Assembly: GCA_963806645.1 (NCBI GenBank)
Contig: CAWDYQ010000002.1
Coordinates: 11,141-75,140 of the forward strand
Direction of reading: 5' to 3'
Length of the DNA stretch: 64,000 nucleotides
Origin: Candidatus Bathyarchaeota archaeon
GTDB taxonomy: Archaea > Thermoproteota > Bathyarchaeia > Bathyarchaeales > Bathyarchaeaceae
Shown here: piece after piece, positions 10,166 to 18,078 of the stretch
Layout of the letters: every line of letters begins with the position of its first letter
Numbering within the stretch: the first letter of the stretch is position 1
Program-made: the position numbers and the translations under genes
The notes under the pieces: generated by a model
The model's input: the letters and a program-made list of their open reading frames with translations, nothing else
Database searches by the model: none
What the model was told of the DNA's origin: nothing

Positions 10166-10627
10166 ATGGAAAAGAAAAATGCTCCACCCTTTTGTTTGTT
10201 AGATCAAAATGATGAAAAAGTTTGTTTGGAAGATTTTAGAGAAAAATGGGTTGTTCTCTATTTTTACCCAAAAGATAATAGCAAATCTTGTACTCTTGAA
10301 GCCTTGAGTTTTACTGATAACATAAAAATTTTCAAGGATTTAGGTGCTGTGGTTATTGGTGTAAGTCCAGATTCGGTAAAAAGCCATAAAAATTTTGCTC
10401 ACAAACACAATTTAGACTTAATACTTCTAAGTGACCCCGAACACAAAGTTTTAAATCAATACAATGTTTGGAAAATGAAAAAAATGTATGGTAAAGAGTA
10501 CATGGGTGTAGAAAGAAGCACCTTTCTGATAAACACTAAAGGGCAAATTGAAAAAGAATGGGTTAAGGTCCGCGTTAAAGGTCATGTTGAAGAAGTAAAA
10601 AAGAAATTATTAGAACTAAAAAAATGA
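10166..10627 (+). CDS. bcp: thiol peroxidase / peroxiredoxin, Bcp type
   Basis: ATG at 10166 is preceded by GGAGGT. The protein has the motif WVVLYFYPKDNSKSCTLEA and a thioredoxin-fold pattern. Confidence 0.8.
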   Translation: MEKKNAPPFCLLDQNDEKVCLEDFREKWVVLYFYPKDNSKSCTLEALSFTDNIKIFKDLGAVVIGVSPDSVKSHKNFAHKHNLDLILLSDPEHKVLNQYNVWKMKKMYGKEYMGVERSTFLINTKGQIEKEWVKVRVKGHVEEVKKKLLELKK

Positions 10628-10637
10628 AACTGAAAAA

Positions 10638-12005
10638 TTAGGAAAGGTTTGCAACCATTTTCACATAACTGTCAATATCGAATTTTCGCCTTAATCCTTT
10701 TGCATTCATGTATCGGATTTTCCCAAAAATTGCTCTTTCGTTCCAAGGTCGATCATGCTTTCCAAAACACCATGCAACCCCAGCAAAACCATTTGGATCT
10801 CTTCCATCCAACTCGTACTTGTTGTTAAGATAAAGCGCTATCTTGTAAGCCTTCACTGGGGACTTTGTCCATTCAATAATTTTTTTCCCCCAATACATTC
10901 TCATATAACCATGCATTTTACCCACAATAACCATTTCTTTTTGTGCGGCATTCCAAAACGGATCATGGGTTTCAGCAGCCTCCAATTCTTTTATGCCGTA
11001 AACATATTCTCTATCGTCCATTCTATGCTCGTTCAACGTCTTCTTTTGCCATTCATTAAGGCCTTCAAAAGAATCATAATGTTTATTGTAGAAAACAAAG
11101 TTTATGGCTAGTTCTCGTCTAATTATTAGTTCTTCAAGATACGATTCTGAACCTGGACTGTTTGATTCGATTATTTTCTGTGCAACATATATTGGTGATA
11201 TTTGTCCAAAGTGTAGGTATGGACTAATGTTTGAAACACATTGTTTTGTTGGGTCATTCTTATCTTCAAGATAGTTATCCAAATTTTTTTCAATAAAATT
11301 CTGGAGATGCTTTTTCGCTTCAGAAATACCCCCAACAAAATACTTAGCCGTTTTAACACCTATGTCAATTTCAAGTTGGGAAACTGCTCTTTTCACATTT
11401 CTAATATCGAATGAAGAAAAACTTAATCGCAACGAGTCTTTTTTCAAAACGTTATGTTCTAAGGGAACAAGAAAGGCGTCTATAACTTTTCTTATTTTTG
11501 GCCTAAACGTTGCTGCAGAATATTCTTCTTTAGGTGAAGCCACCATCACAGGAACAATTATGTTACTCTCAACCTGAATAAGAGGACATTTTATGTTTTC
11601 CTTAACATAGCTGGTCCACTTTTTCTCGATTTTCGTATATCCCTGATCTACAACAACCATCGAAGCAGATTTAGCTAATTCAACAGCTCCAAGTTCCGGT
11701 GAAATTCTCCTAATAACAATCTTTATTCCTTTTTCTTCAAGTGAGCTTTGAACTTCATTGAGTCCTTCTAACATAAAATAATAGTGCCGTTTATTTGCTT
11801 CAGGATAAGAATTTGTAATTCCAAAATAAACAAGAAGAGGAATATTCAACTTGTTTGCCTTCAAGATCGAATATTCTAAGGCATGATTATATTCTGTTCT
11901 TTGAGTTGCCTGCATCCAATAAAGCACAAAGTCGCCATCTCTAATTTTTTCTGCATTTAGCATTTTTATTCTACTTGGGTTTATCAAATCAGACAACTTT
12001 TCCAT
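10638..12005 (-). CDS. phr: deoxyribodipyrimidine photolyase, class II
   Basis: 455 aa. The C-terminal block GRDPNGFAGVAWCFGKHDRPWNERAIFGKIRYMNAKGLRRKFD is typical of class II CPD photolyases. Confidence 0.85.
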   Translation of the reverse strand: MEKLSDLINPSRIKMLNAEKIRDGDFVLYWMQATQRTEYNHALEYSILKANKLNIPLLVYFGITNSYPEANKRHYYFMLEGLNEVQSSLEEKGIKIVIRRISPELGAVELAKSASMVVVDQGYTKIEKKWTSYVKENIKCPLIQVESNIIVPVMVASPKEEYSAATFRPKIRKVIDAFLVPLEHNVLKKDSLRLSFSSFDIRNVKRAVSQLEIDIGVKTAKYFVGGISEAKKHLQNFIEKNLDNYLEDKNDPTKQCVSNISPYLHFGQISPIYVAQKIIESNSPGSESYLEELIIRRELAINFVFYNKHYDSFEGLNEWQKKTLNEHRMDDREYVYGIKELEAAETHDPFWNAAQKEMVIVGKMHGYMRMYWGKKIIEWTKSPVKAYKIALYLNNKYELDGRDPNGFAGVAWCFGKHDRPWNERAIFGKIRYMNAKGLRRKFDIDSYVKMVANLS

Positions 12006-12143
12006 GATAGATGTTGGTTTTGTAGGTGTATAACCTGCTATTATTTTAAATTTAAAGTATCAATGATTGACATATAATATAAAAAAGGATAAAAAGAGTG
12101 AACAAAAAATCCACTCCAAAAATTATGGTTTTTAAAATCAACG

Positions 12144-12242
12144 TTATGCTGGTTTGAGTTTTGCTCCACACACTGAGCATTTACCTTCGGCAGTAATCAT
12201 GGGTTGTTTAGCTACTTCTTTTCCACAAAGTCCACATTTCAT
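12144..12242 (-). CDS. 32-aa zinc-ribbon peptide
   Basis: ATG at 12242 is preceded by GGAGGTGA 8 nt upstream. Translation is MKCGLCGKEVAKQPMITAEGKCSVCGAKLKPA, with two CxxC pairs. Confidence 0.5.
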   Translation of the reverse strand: MKCGLCGKEVAKQPMITAEGKCSVCGAKLKPA

Positions 12243-12309
12243 TTTAAATTCACCTCCCCCAAACATTCCATCCAGTAATTCTTAATTGGATATATAATTT
12301 GAAACTTAC

Positions 12310-12344
12310 GTTTACACTGTCTTACAAGTGATTACAATGTAAAC
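12310..12344. promoter_or_regulatory. three helically phased TTACA repeats plus an inverted half-site
   Basis: Sequence is gTTTACActgtCTTACAagtgATTACAatgtaaac. TTACA occurs at 12312, 12322 and 12332, an exact 10-bp period. GTTTACA (12310-16) and TGTAAAC (12338-44) form an inverted repeat. The site lies in the divergent intergenic region. Confidence 0.35.
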
Positions 12345-12431
12345 ATCGACTTCATATCTAGCAGGCTTATTCAGAAAATTTCACTGATTACTTTTTTATA
12401 TCAAAACAGATTAAGTTGTGTTGATTTTGTC

Positions 12432-13420
12432 ATGAGAGAATTTGTTACACCCACAGTTGTTCTTAGCAAATGCATTGAAGTTGAACCATGTCGATATAAC
12501 GGCGGGATTGTTGTTAATGATGCGGTTAAACAACTAATTCCACATTTCCATATAATACCTGTTTGTCCTGAAGTCGAAATAGGTTTAGGAACACCCAGAG
12601 AAGTCTTACGTCATAGTTAAGAAAGAAGAAAAAATGAGACTAATTCAACCTAAAACCGGGTTAGATTTCACTGAAAAGATGAAGGCATTTGTAAGTTCAT
12701 TTTTGGAATCGTTACCAGAAGTGGATGGGTTTCATACTAAAAGGTAGATCACCGACAAGTGCAATTAAAGACGCGAAAATATATTCTGGTCCAAATCCAG
12801 GTGATGCCCTAAGGGGTAAAGGTCCAGGATTTTTCGGAATGGCTATTTTAGAAAAATTTTCTCATTTAGCACTGGAAGAAGAAGGCAGACTTAAGAATCC
12901 AAACATAAAGAGCAATTTTTTAACAAAACTCTACACCTTAGCCAAATTCAGAGAAGTAAAAAAGTCAAAATCAAGTAAAGAAATTCTAAAGTTCCATTCA
13001 GAAAATAAGCTTTTGCTTAAGGCATATAATGAAAAAGAAATGAGAATACTAGGAAAAATAGTGGCAAAAAGAGACCAATACAACCCAACCAGCCTGATTA
13101 AAGAATACGAAACACATTTTTTCCAAGCCTTAAAAACTGCTCCCAGATGCGGTTCTCAAATTAACGTTTTAATGAATAGCATGGGCTATTTTTCGAAGAA
13201 ACTGTCTGGAGAAGAAAAAGAATTTTTCTTAAAATCATTAGAGGATTATAAAGCAGGAGTTATCCCTTTAAGTGTGCTCAAAGCAATTTTCCAATCATGG
13301 CTTTTAAGGTTCAAAGATGAATATTTGTAAAGTCAATCATTTTTTGAGCCCTATCCAAAAGAACTGGTTGATATTGATTTAACTACGAGTTACTGTGATG
13401 GGAAAGATTACTGGAAATAA
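12432..13420 (+). pseudogene. DUF523-DUF1722 (YbgA-like) fusion gene, decayed: two +1 frameshifts and one in-frame TAA
   Basis: Segment 1 (frame 3) reads ...VCPEVEIGLGTPRE. Segment 2 (frame 1) reads KKEEKMRLIQPKTGLDFTEKMKAFVSSFLESLPEVDGF. Segment 3 (frame 2) reads ILKGRSPTSAIKDAKIY...DEYL, then TAA at 13328-30. The same frame continues SQSFFEPYPKELVDIDL to a stop at 13418-20. Confidence 0.75.
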
Positions 13421-13440
13421 TTACAGTTAATTTTCTTGTT

Positions 13441-13957
13441 TTATATAAAATCTATTTCTGTTGCTACTTCGTTTCTACGCATAAACCATGGTGTGAAAGG
13501 TCCACTGTAACGCATTGAAAAAACATTTCCGATTGCTTTTATGTTGGAGGTTTGAAGTTCGTCTAATAGTTGCTTTGATTTTTTTGTGAAATTTGAAGTT
13601 GTCCAACGACCAGAAAATCCTAATGCTGCCACGTATCTTTCTGGAATTTCCAGAATTTTAATACGCTCATCATTAGGTGTTGGGGCATTTTCTAGTGTAT
13701 ATTCCTCTGGCAAAACAAATGCTATCGAATCGTTTTCTGATAACACAGGTGCTGTCATTTCAATGTTTTGTGAAATTACTGGAGAAGTCATTTCTAAATT
13801 GGTTTTTGTGGTGTTATTACCTGAAATATAGTTGAAATAGAGAATTAAAGCCTCCATCACCATAACCATCAACTCGAGCTATAACCAATTTATTGTAGAG
13901 TCTGATTTCCACTTTATCCAATTTTTTTATTGGACGATACTTTGCTTCTTTTACCAT
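13441..13957 (-). pseudogene. SOUL heme-binding family protein with a +1 frameshift near 13830
   Basis: The upstream frame from ATG 13957 gives MVKEAKYRPIKKLDKVEIRLYNKLVIARVDGYGDGGFNSLFQ. The ORF 13441..13872 continues YISGNNTTKTNLEMTSPV...IEMTAPV. Removing one C in TTTCAACTA joins them. Confidence 0.65.
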
Positions 13958-14053
13958 AAAGTAATGTTAATGAACCAAAGCTATAATTCAATTTTGGTTA
14001 CCAAAAAATCTCCTATAAAATACCAGAATCTTTCTCAAAGAAATAAACAAAAT

Positions 14054-15262
14054 CTAATTGAGTAACTTGCATTCCCTGAAAACTCTACAACCAACTAAAG
14101 AAGCTATTGCTAACAATACTGCACTAATAAAAAAGGGAACAGACGAACCGGCAAAAGCGTATACAAAACCAATTATTAACGGACCTGGAATATTTCCAAC
14201 GCTTGTAACAGAACCGGCTATTCCTAATATGCTACCTTGTTGGTCAATAGAAATTCTTTTTGACAAAAAAGCTGGAATAGACGTGTTAATTATTCCAAAA
14301 CCTGCTGCAAGTAAAGCATTTGTTAAATAGAAAAGTATTACGTTTTGAAAAATTGGCATTGCAAAAATTCCCAGGGCCATCATCATTGGACCTAGGATGA
14401 TTAGCTTTTGTTCTCCTAATCTTTTGGAAAGTCGATTTATCAAGAAACCTTGCATTAAAATTTGAATTAACCCAATATAAACGAAAACTAAAGATAATTC
14501 AAAAGGACCAAAATTGAAGTATTCTATACTCAATAATGGCACAATAACAGGTATTGTACTAAACGCCAAAGTAACTATAAAAAGAATTAGAAGCGTGGAT
14601 CCAAAGAGAGGCTTTTTTATAGCAGCACGTAACCCGCTCAAATATCCTAAATTTGGACTTGTGCTTTCTATAGTTTTTTCTTTTGTTCTTTGAGGTTCTG
14701 GAAGGAAAGAAATTACAAATAATATATTTAACAAAGTAAGACCCATAGCTGCGTATCCGGCCATAGCAAAACCATACATGTCCCCCAGGACCCCACCCAT
14801 AGCTGGACCGATAATAAAACCTGCACCCAAAGCTGCACCAATTTTTCCCATCTCTTTTAGTCTTGATTGATTGTCTGTTATATCTGCAATGTAAGCTTGT
14901 GCTACAGCTCTTTCTGTGGCAATACCTGCTATTACTCGAGATAATAACAGCATTAAATATGAATTAGCAAAAGAAAATATTGTGAAACCAATTAAAGAGA
15001 TTAGAAGAGAAATAAGCAATATTGGTTTTCTTCCTTTCCTATCTGATGCTTTTCCTAATAGTGGTGAAAAGAAAAATTGCATAATAGAAAAAGAAGCAAT
15101 CAAAATTCCAAGTGCAATAGGACTTGCCTGAAATTCTTTTGTAAATTCTGGAAGAATAGGAATAATAATACCGTAGCCAGTTATGTCTATAAAAACTGTT
15201 AACACTATTACAAATATTGGAGAAAGCCCTTTACGTTTTTTATTAATCTGCATATTTAACAT
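14054..15262 (-). CDS. MFS transporter
   Basis: 402 aa with about 12 hydrophobic helices. The loop motif GKASDRKGRKPILL between TM2 and TM3 is typical of MFS_1. Confidence 0.8.
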   Translation of the reverse strand: MLNMQINKKRKGLSPIFVIVLTVFIDITGYGIIIPILPEFTKEFQASPIALGILIASFSIMQFFFSPLLGKASDRKGRKPILLISLLISLIGFTIFSFANSYLMLLLSRVIAGIATERAVAQAYIADITDNQSRLKEMGKIGAALGAGFIIGPAMGGVLGDMYGFAMAGYAAMGLTLLNILFVISFLPEPQRTKEKTIESTSPNLGYLSGLRAAIKKPLFGSTLLILFIVTLAFSTIPVIVPLLSIEYFNFGPFELSLVFVYIGLIQILMQGFLINRLSKRLGEQKLIILGPMMMALGIFAMPIFQNVILFYLTNALLAAGFGIINTSIPAFLSKRISIDQQGSILGIAGSVTSVGNIPGPLIIGFVYAFAGSSVPFFISAVLLAIASLVGCRVFRECKLLN

Positions 15263-15409
15263 TCAACTAACATTTAGATGAAATTAGCTATGTCTTAACT
15301 ATCTCAGGTAAATAAAATTACTGCAAAAAATGAGGCATACGAAAATAATAGACCAGTACCATAGCTTTTCTTGGTTACGAATAATTGCTGAACAAGATAG
15401 TAGATATAA

Positions 15410-16177
15410 TTATTTTCGTATTTTTTGTATGATGATGGTCCCAATTAAAACGACTAATACGATTATTGCACTTACTTGAGTCAAAGTGACAATGTTTTGG
15501 TATGCAGTTTGGGCTGCAGAAATACCGACAAAAGCCCAAATAATTACTAAACTATATGCAACATCTTTTCTTGTTGTTACTACTATCAAAGAAAGCAAAA
15601 GAGCAACAATAATGATTAATGAGGCCCAAGTTTCTGAATTTATTCCAAAACCATCCCAGTTGAGTGAAACCAAAGTAGTAGCAACGTTTGCGATTGAGGC
15701 AATAGTAATCCAACCTAAATATGTACTGAAAGGAAGATGAATTGCTATTCTTTCACGTAAGTCAACTTTTGATTTTCCGATATCGAGGCGCAGATAAATT
15801 GCAATTAACGATGCCAGCAACATGAACATAACAGGAACTGAAAAAATAAGATATTCAAATTGCCAAAGAAATAGCCAAACAATATTAAGTATACTACTAA
15901 GTACAAAAAGCCAGCCAATTCTATTTTGATAATCTTTATCTTTCTGGCTAGGTAACGCTTGAAAAACTACAAAAAGTCCCAACAAAATATAGATAACTCC
16001 CCATATAGAGAACACGTAACCGGCAGGAGTGATAAGGGTGAAATTTGCATCAGAAATCTCAGCCGTAACTTTTCCTCCGATCAGAGTAGAGCTCCCTGCC
16101 AATGAATTAACCAGAATTGTTAAAATAAACGCAATGATGTTTGAAAACTTTAGTAGTGTAGAATTTTTTGTCAACAT
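15410..16177 (-). CDS. TspO/MBR-related tryptophan-rich membrane protein (tentative)
   Basis: 255 aa and multi-pass. It is Trp-rich, with segments ITPAGYVFSIWGVIYILLG, NIVWLFLWQFEY and STYLGWITIASIANV. Confidence 0.45.
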   Translation of the reverse strand: MLTKNSTLLKFSNIIAFILTILVNSLAGSSTLIGGKVTAEISDANFTLITPAGYVFSIWGVIYILLGLFVVFQALPSQKDKDYQNRIGWLFVLSSILNIVWLFLWQFEYLIFSVPVMFMLLASLIAIYLRLDIGKSKVDLRERIAIHLPFSTYLGWITIASIANVATTLVSLNWDGFGINSETWASLIIIVALLLSLIVVTTRKDVAYSLVIIWAFVGISAAQTAYQNIVTLTQVSAIIVLVVLIGTIIIQKIRK

Positions 16178-16456
16178 GAAGATCCCAAGTATTTTTCAGT
16201 TGTTTTAATATATAAAACATCCTAGGATTATATTTGGCACAAATATTTTTCTTTTCCAATTAACCCCCAACAAAAAATGATAAAATAAGAAAAGAACAGA
16301 TCAAAGAAAGTCGTTGAGATTAAGAATAAGATTTCATTAGTTAAACATTTTTCTACAAACATTATTACCAGTTACAAAGATGCAATTTTCTTGAGATAAA
16401 AAATATGAGTAAAGTATAAAGATGTGTACACCTAGTCAAAGTGACGAGGGTAAACG

Positions 16457-16741
16457 TTGCCTGCAATGGAAATAGGAAGAATATGCATTAAAATCTTAGG
16501 ACGAGAAGCAGGAAAAAAATGTGTAATAGTAGATCTTGTTGACAAAAACTTCGTTCTAATCACTGGTCCTAAAGCAACCACTAGCATAAAAAGGAGACGC
16601 GCTAACATAAATCACTTACAAATTACTCAAGAAAAAATTGATATAAACCGAGGAGCAACCGACGAGGAAGTCACCGAAGCACTAAAAGCTGCGGGTAAAC
16701 TCGAAGAAATGAACGAGATAGCCAAACCTGCCCTTTCCTAA
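16457..16741 (+). CDS. rpl14e: 50S ribosomal protein L14e
   Basis: MPAMEIGRICIKILGREAGKKCVIVDLVDKNFVLITGPK...KRRRANINHL closely follows the archaeal L14e KOW pattern. The start codon is TTG. Confidence 0.9.
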   Translation: MPAMEIGRICIKILGREAGKKCVIVDLVDKNFVLITGPKATTSIKRRRANINHLQITQEKIDINRGATDEEVTEALKAAGKLEEMNEIAKPALS

Positions 16742-16778
16742 ATTCTCCTAACCCTTTTTTCCTTTTTGGAGAACCGAT

Positions 16779-17801
16779 ATGAGAAGAATCAATGAACCAT
16801 GGAAAATAAATCGAAGCATGGTAGTCAAAGCTGAGGAAGAAACCAACATGCGTTTTGGCTGCAAACCAGACGAACGTCCAATTAAAGATCACATACGATT
16901 TGGAATAATAAACGTGGACAAACCTGCTGGACCATCAAGCCATGAGGTTACAGCATGGGTTAAACGAATCCTCAGTTTCGAAAAAGCTGGTCATGGCGGG
17001 ACCCTTGAGGCCTAATCTGGCCGGGGAAATCCCAAAGTTACCGGCGTTCTACCCAATGCAATAGAGGATGCTACAAAAATAATTCAGGCTCTTCTGCTAG
17101 CAGGTAAAGAATACGTTTGTGTAATGAAACTACATTCTCAAGTTTCAGAAGATCGCGTAAAAGAAGTTTTAGATGAATTTCAGGGACCATTATACCAACG
17201 GCCCCCAGTTCGTTCTTCGGTTAAACGAAGACTTAGAACAAGAACAATCTACTATAATGATTACTATGAGATGGATGGAAAAAATGTCCTCTTCAAAGTT
17301 GGATGCGAAGCTGGAACATACATCAGAAAACTGTGCTACGACATCGGTGAGGCCCTAGGTTGCGGAGCCCACATGCAAGAGCTAAGAAGAACAAGAGTTG
17401 GACCATTTATTGAAGACGAAAGTTTAGTCACTCTACATGATATTACTTATTTGTATAGTCAATGGCAGGAAACTAAAGATGAAAACCTGCTAAGAAAATT
17501 CATTTATCCCATGGAAAAAGCCTTAGAACTGATGCCAAAAATCCATATACGAGACTCAGCGGTAGACGCCCTATGTCACGGAGCACACTTAACAGCACCA
17601 GGAGTAGTTTCACTAGATTCAGGAATAAAAATCGGCGACCAAGTAGCGGTCCTGACCCAGAAAGGAGAAGCGATAACATTATCAAAAGCCTTTGTTTCCA
17701 GCGAAAAGATACTTAACATGGATCATGGATTCGTAGCAAGAACTGAACGGGTTATGATGCCCCGCGGTATCTACCCTAAGATGTGGCACAGCAATGCTTG
17801 A
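16779..17801 (+). CDS. cbf5: tRNA/rRNA pseudouridine synthase Cbf5 (TruB + PUA domains), coding sequence interrupted by a 21-nt BHB intron
   Basis: ORFs 16779..17015 and 17124..17801 are in the same frame. Joining 16779..17007 to 17029..17801 gives 334 codons with KAGHGGTLDPKVTGVLP, AGKEYVCVMKLH, QRPPVRSSVKRRLRTR, GTYIRKLCYDIG and a PUA C-terminus. Confidence 0.9.
17008..17028 (+). other. bulge-helix-bulge intron in cbf5 pre-mRNA (predicted)
   Basis: Hand fold of 16998-17033. Outer helix GGGA/TCCC; central helix CCCT/GGGG; 3-nt bulges TGA and AAA; inner helix GGCC/GGCC with loop TAATCT. Cutting after the second nucleotide of each bulge restores the codon GAT (Asp). Confidence 0.7.
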
Positions 17802-17856
17802 AACTACTTTGTTTCGAAAAGACTAAAAACAGGTTAATTGCTATTCTACAGGTTGT

Positions 17857-17996
17857 GCCGAGGTGTCCTAGAGCATCTTGCGGGAAATCTGGTAGGGAGC
17901 AGATTCCAACAAAGGAAGCTAAAGCCTGGAATCTCTGACTACGGTAAGCCTGTGATCCATTGGGTCGCGAGGGTTCAAATCCCTCCCTCGGCGCCA
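17857..17996 (+). tRNA. intron-containing tRNA gene with encoded CCA; identity unresolved (tentatively class II Ser-GGA; alternative Trp-CCA)
   Basis: The acceptor stem is 7 bp: GCCGAGG (17857-63) with CCTCGGC (17986-92). The T arm is GAGGG-TTCAAAT-CCCTC (17969-85). The discriminator is G, followed by CCA. At 140 nt the gene carries about 50 nt more than a mature tRNA. Confidence 0.8.
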
Positions 17997-18078
17997 TAAT
18001 TAAAAATTTGTTTAAACACTTATGTAAAAGTTAGAAACATCTGATCCTAGACGGCTACTTAATATTTTTATTAAAAGT

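Noticed and set aside
12600-12750. Programmed +1 frameshifting at stop codons (AGT-TAA-G at 12618 and AGG-TAG-A at 12745) in the YbgA-like gene, by analogy with prfB or Euplotes.
   Set aside because: The family-typical ILK..SP motif is encoded in the +1 frame upstream of the TAG, so the shift must occur before the stop. The gene also carries an ordinary nonsense codon at 13328, which fits decay.
17013-17015. The in-frame TAA in cbf5 as a recoded stop (selenocysteine, pyrrolysine or readthrough), or as a pseudogene lesion.
   Set aside because: TAA is not a Sec or Pyl codon. The interruption is exactly 21 nt, replaces the catalytic Asp codon, and is flanked by a complete BHB motif that restores GAT on excision.
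17886-17905. The hairpin AATCTG-GTAGGGAG-CAGATT inside the tRNA gene resembles an anticodon arm with an 8-nt loop. With nine +1 frameshifts in the window, this suggested a natural +1 frameshift-suppressor tRNA reading CCCN quadruplets.
   Set aside because: The frameshift sites share no common quadruplet. At the nitroreductase and YbgA-like genes, conserved motifs (EKISSACNQKWDAP, ILKGRSP) place the shifts away from the CCC codons. The 5' arm of the hairpin is better explained as part of a canonical D loop (AGUCUGGUA) after intron removal.
17935-17938. A box C/D guide RNA embedded in the tRNA intron, as in euryarchaeal tRNA-Trp. CTGA is present.
   Set aside because: No RUGAUGA box C or C' was found in 17857-17996. 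The isolated CTGA is expected by chance.
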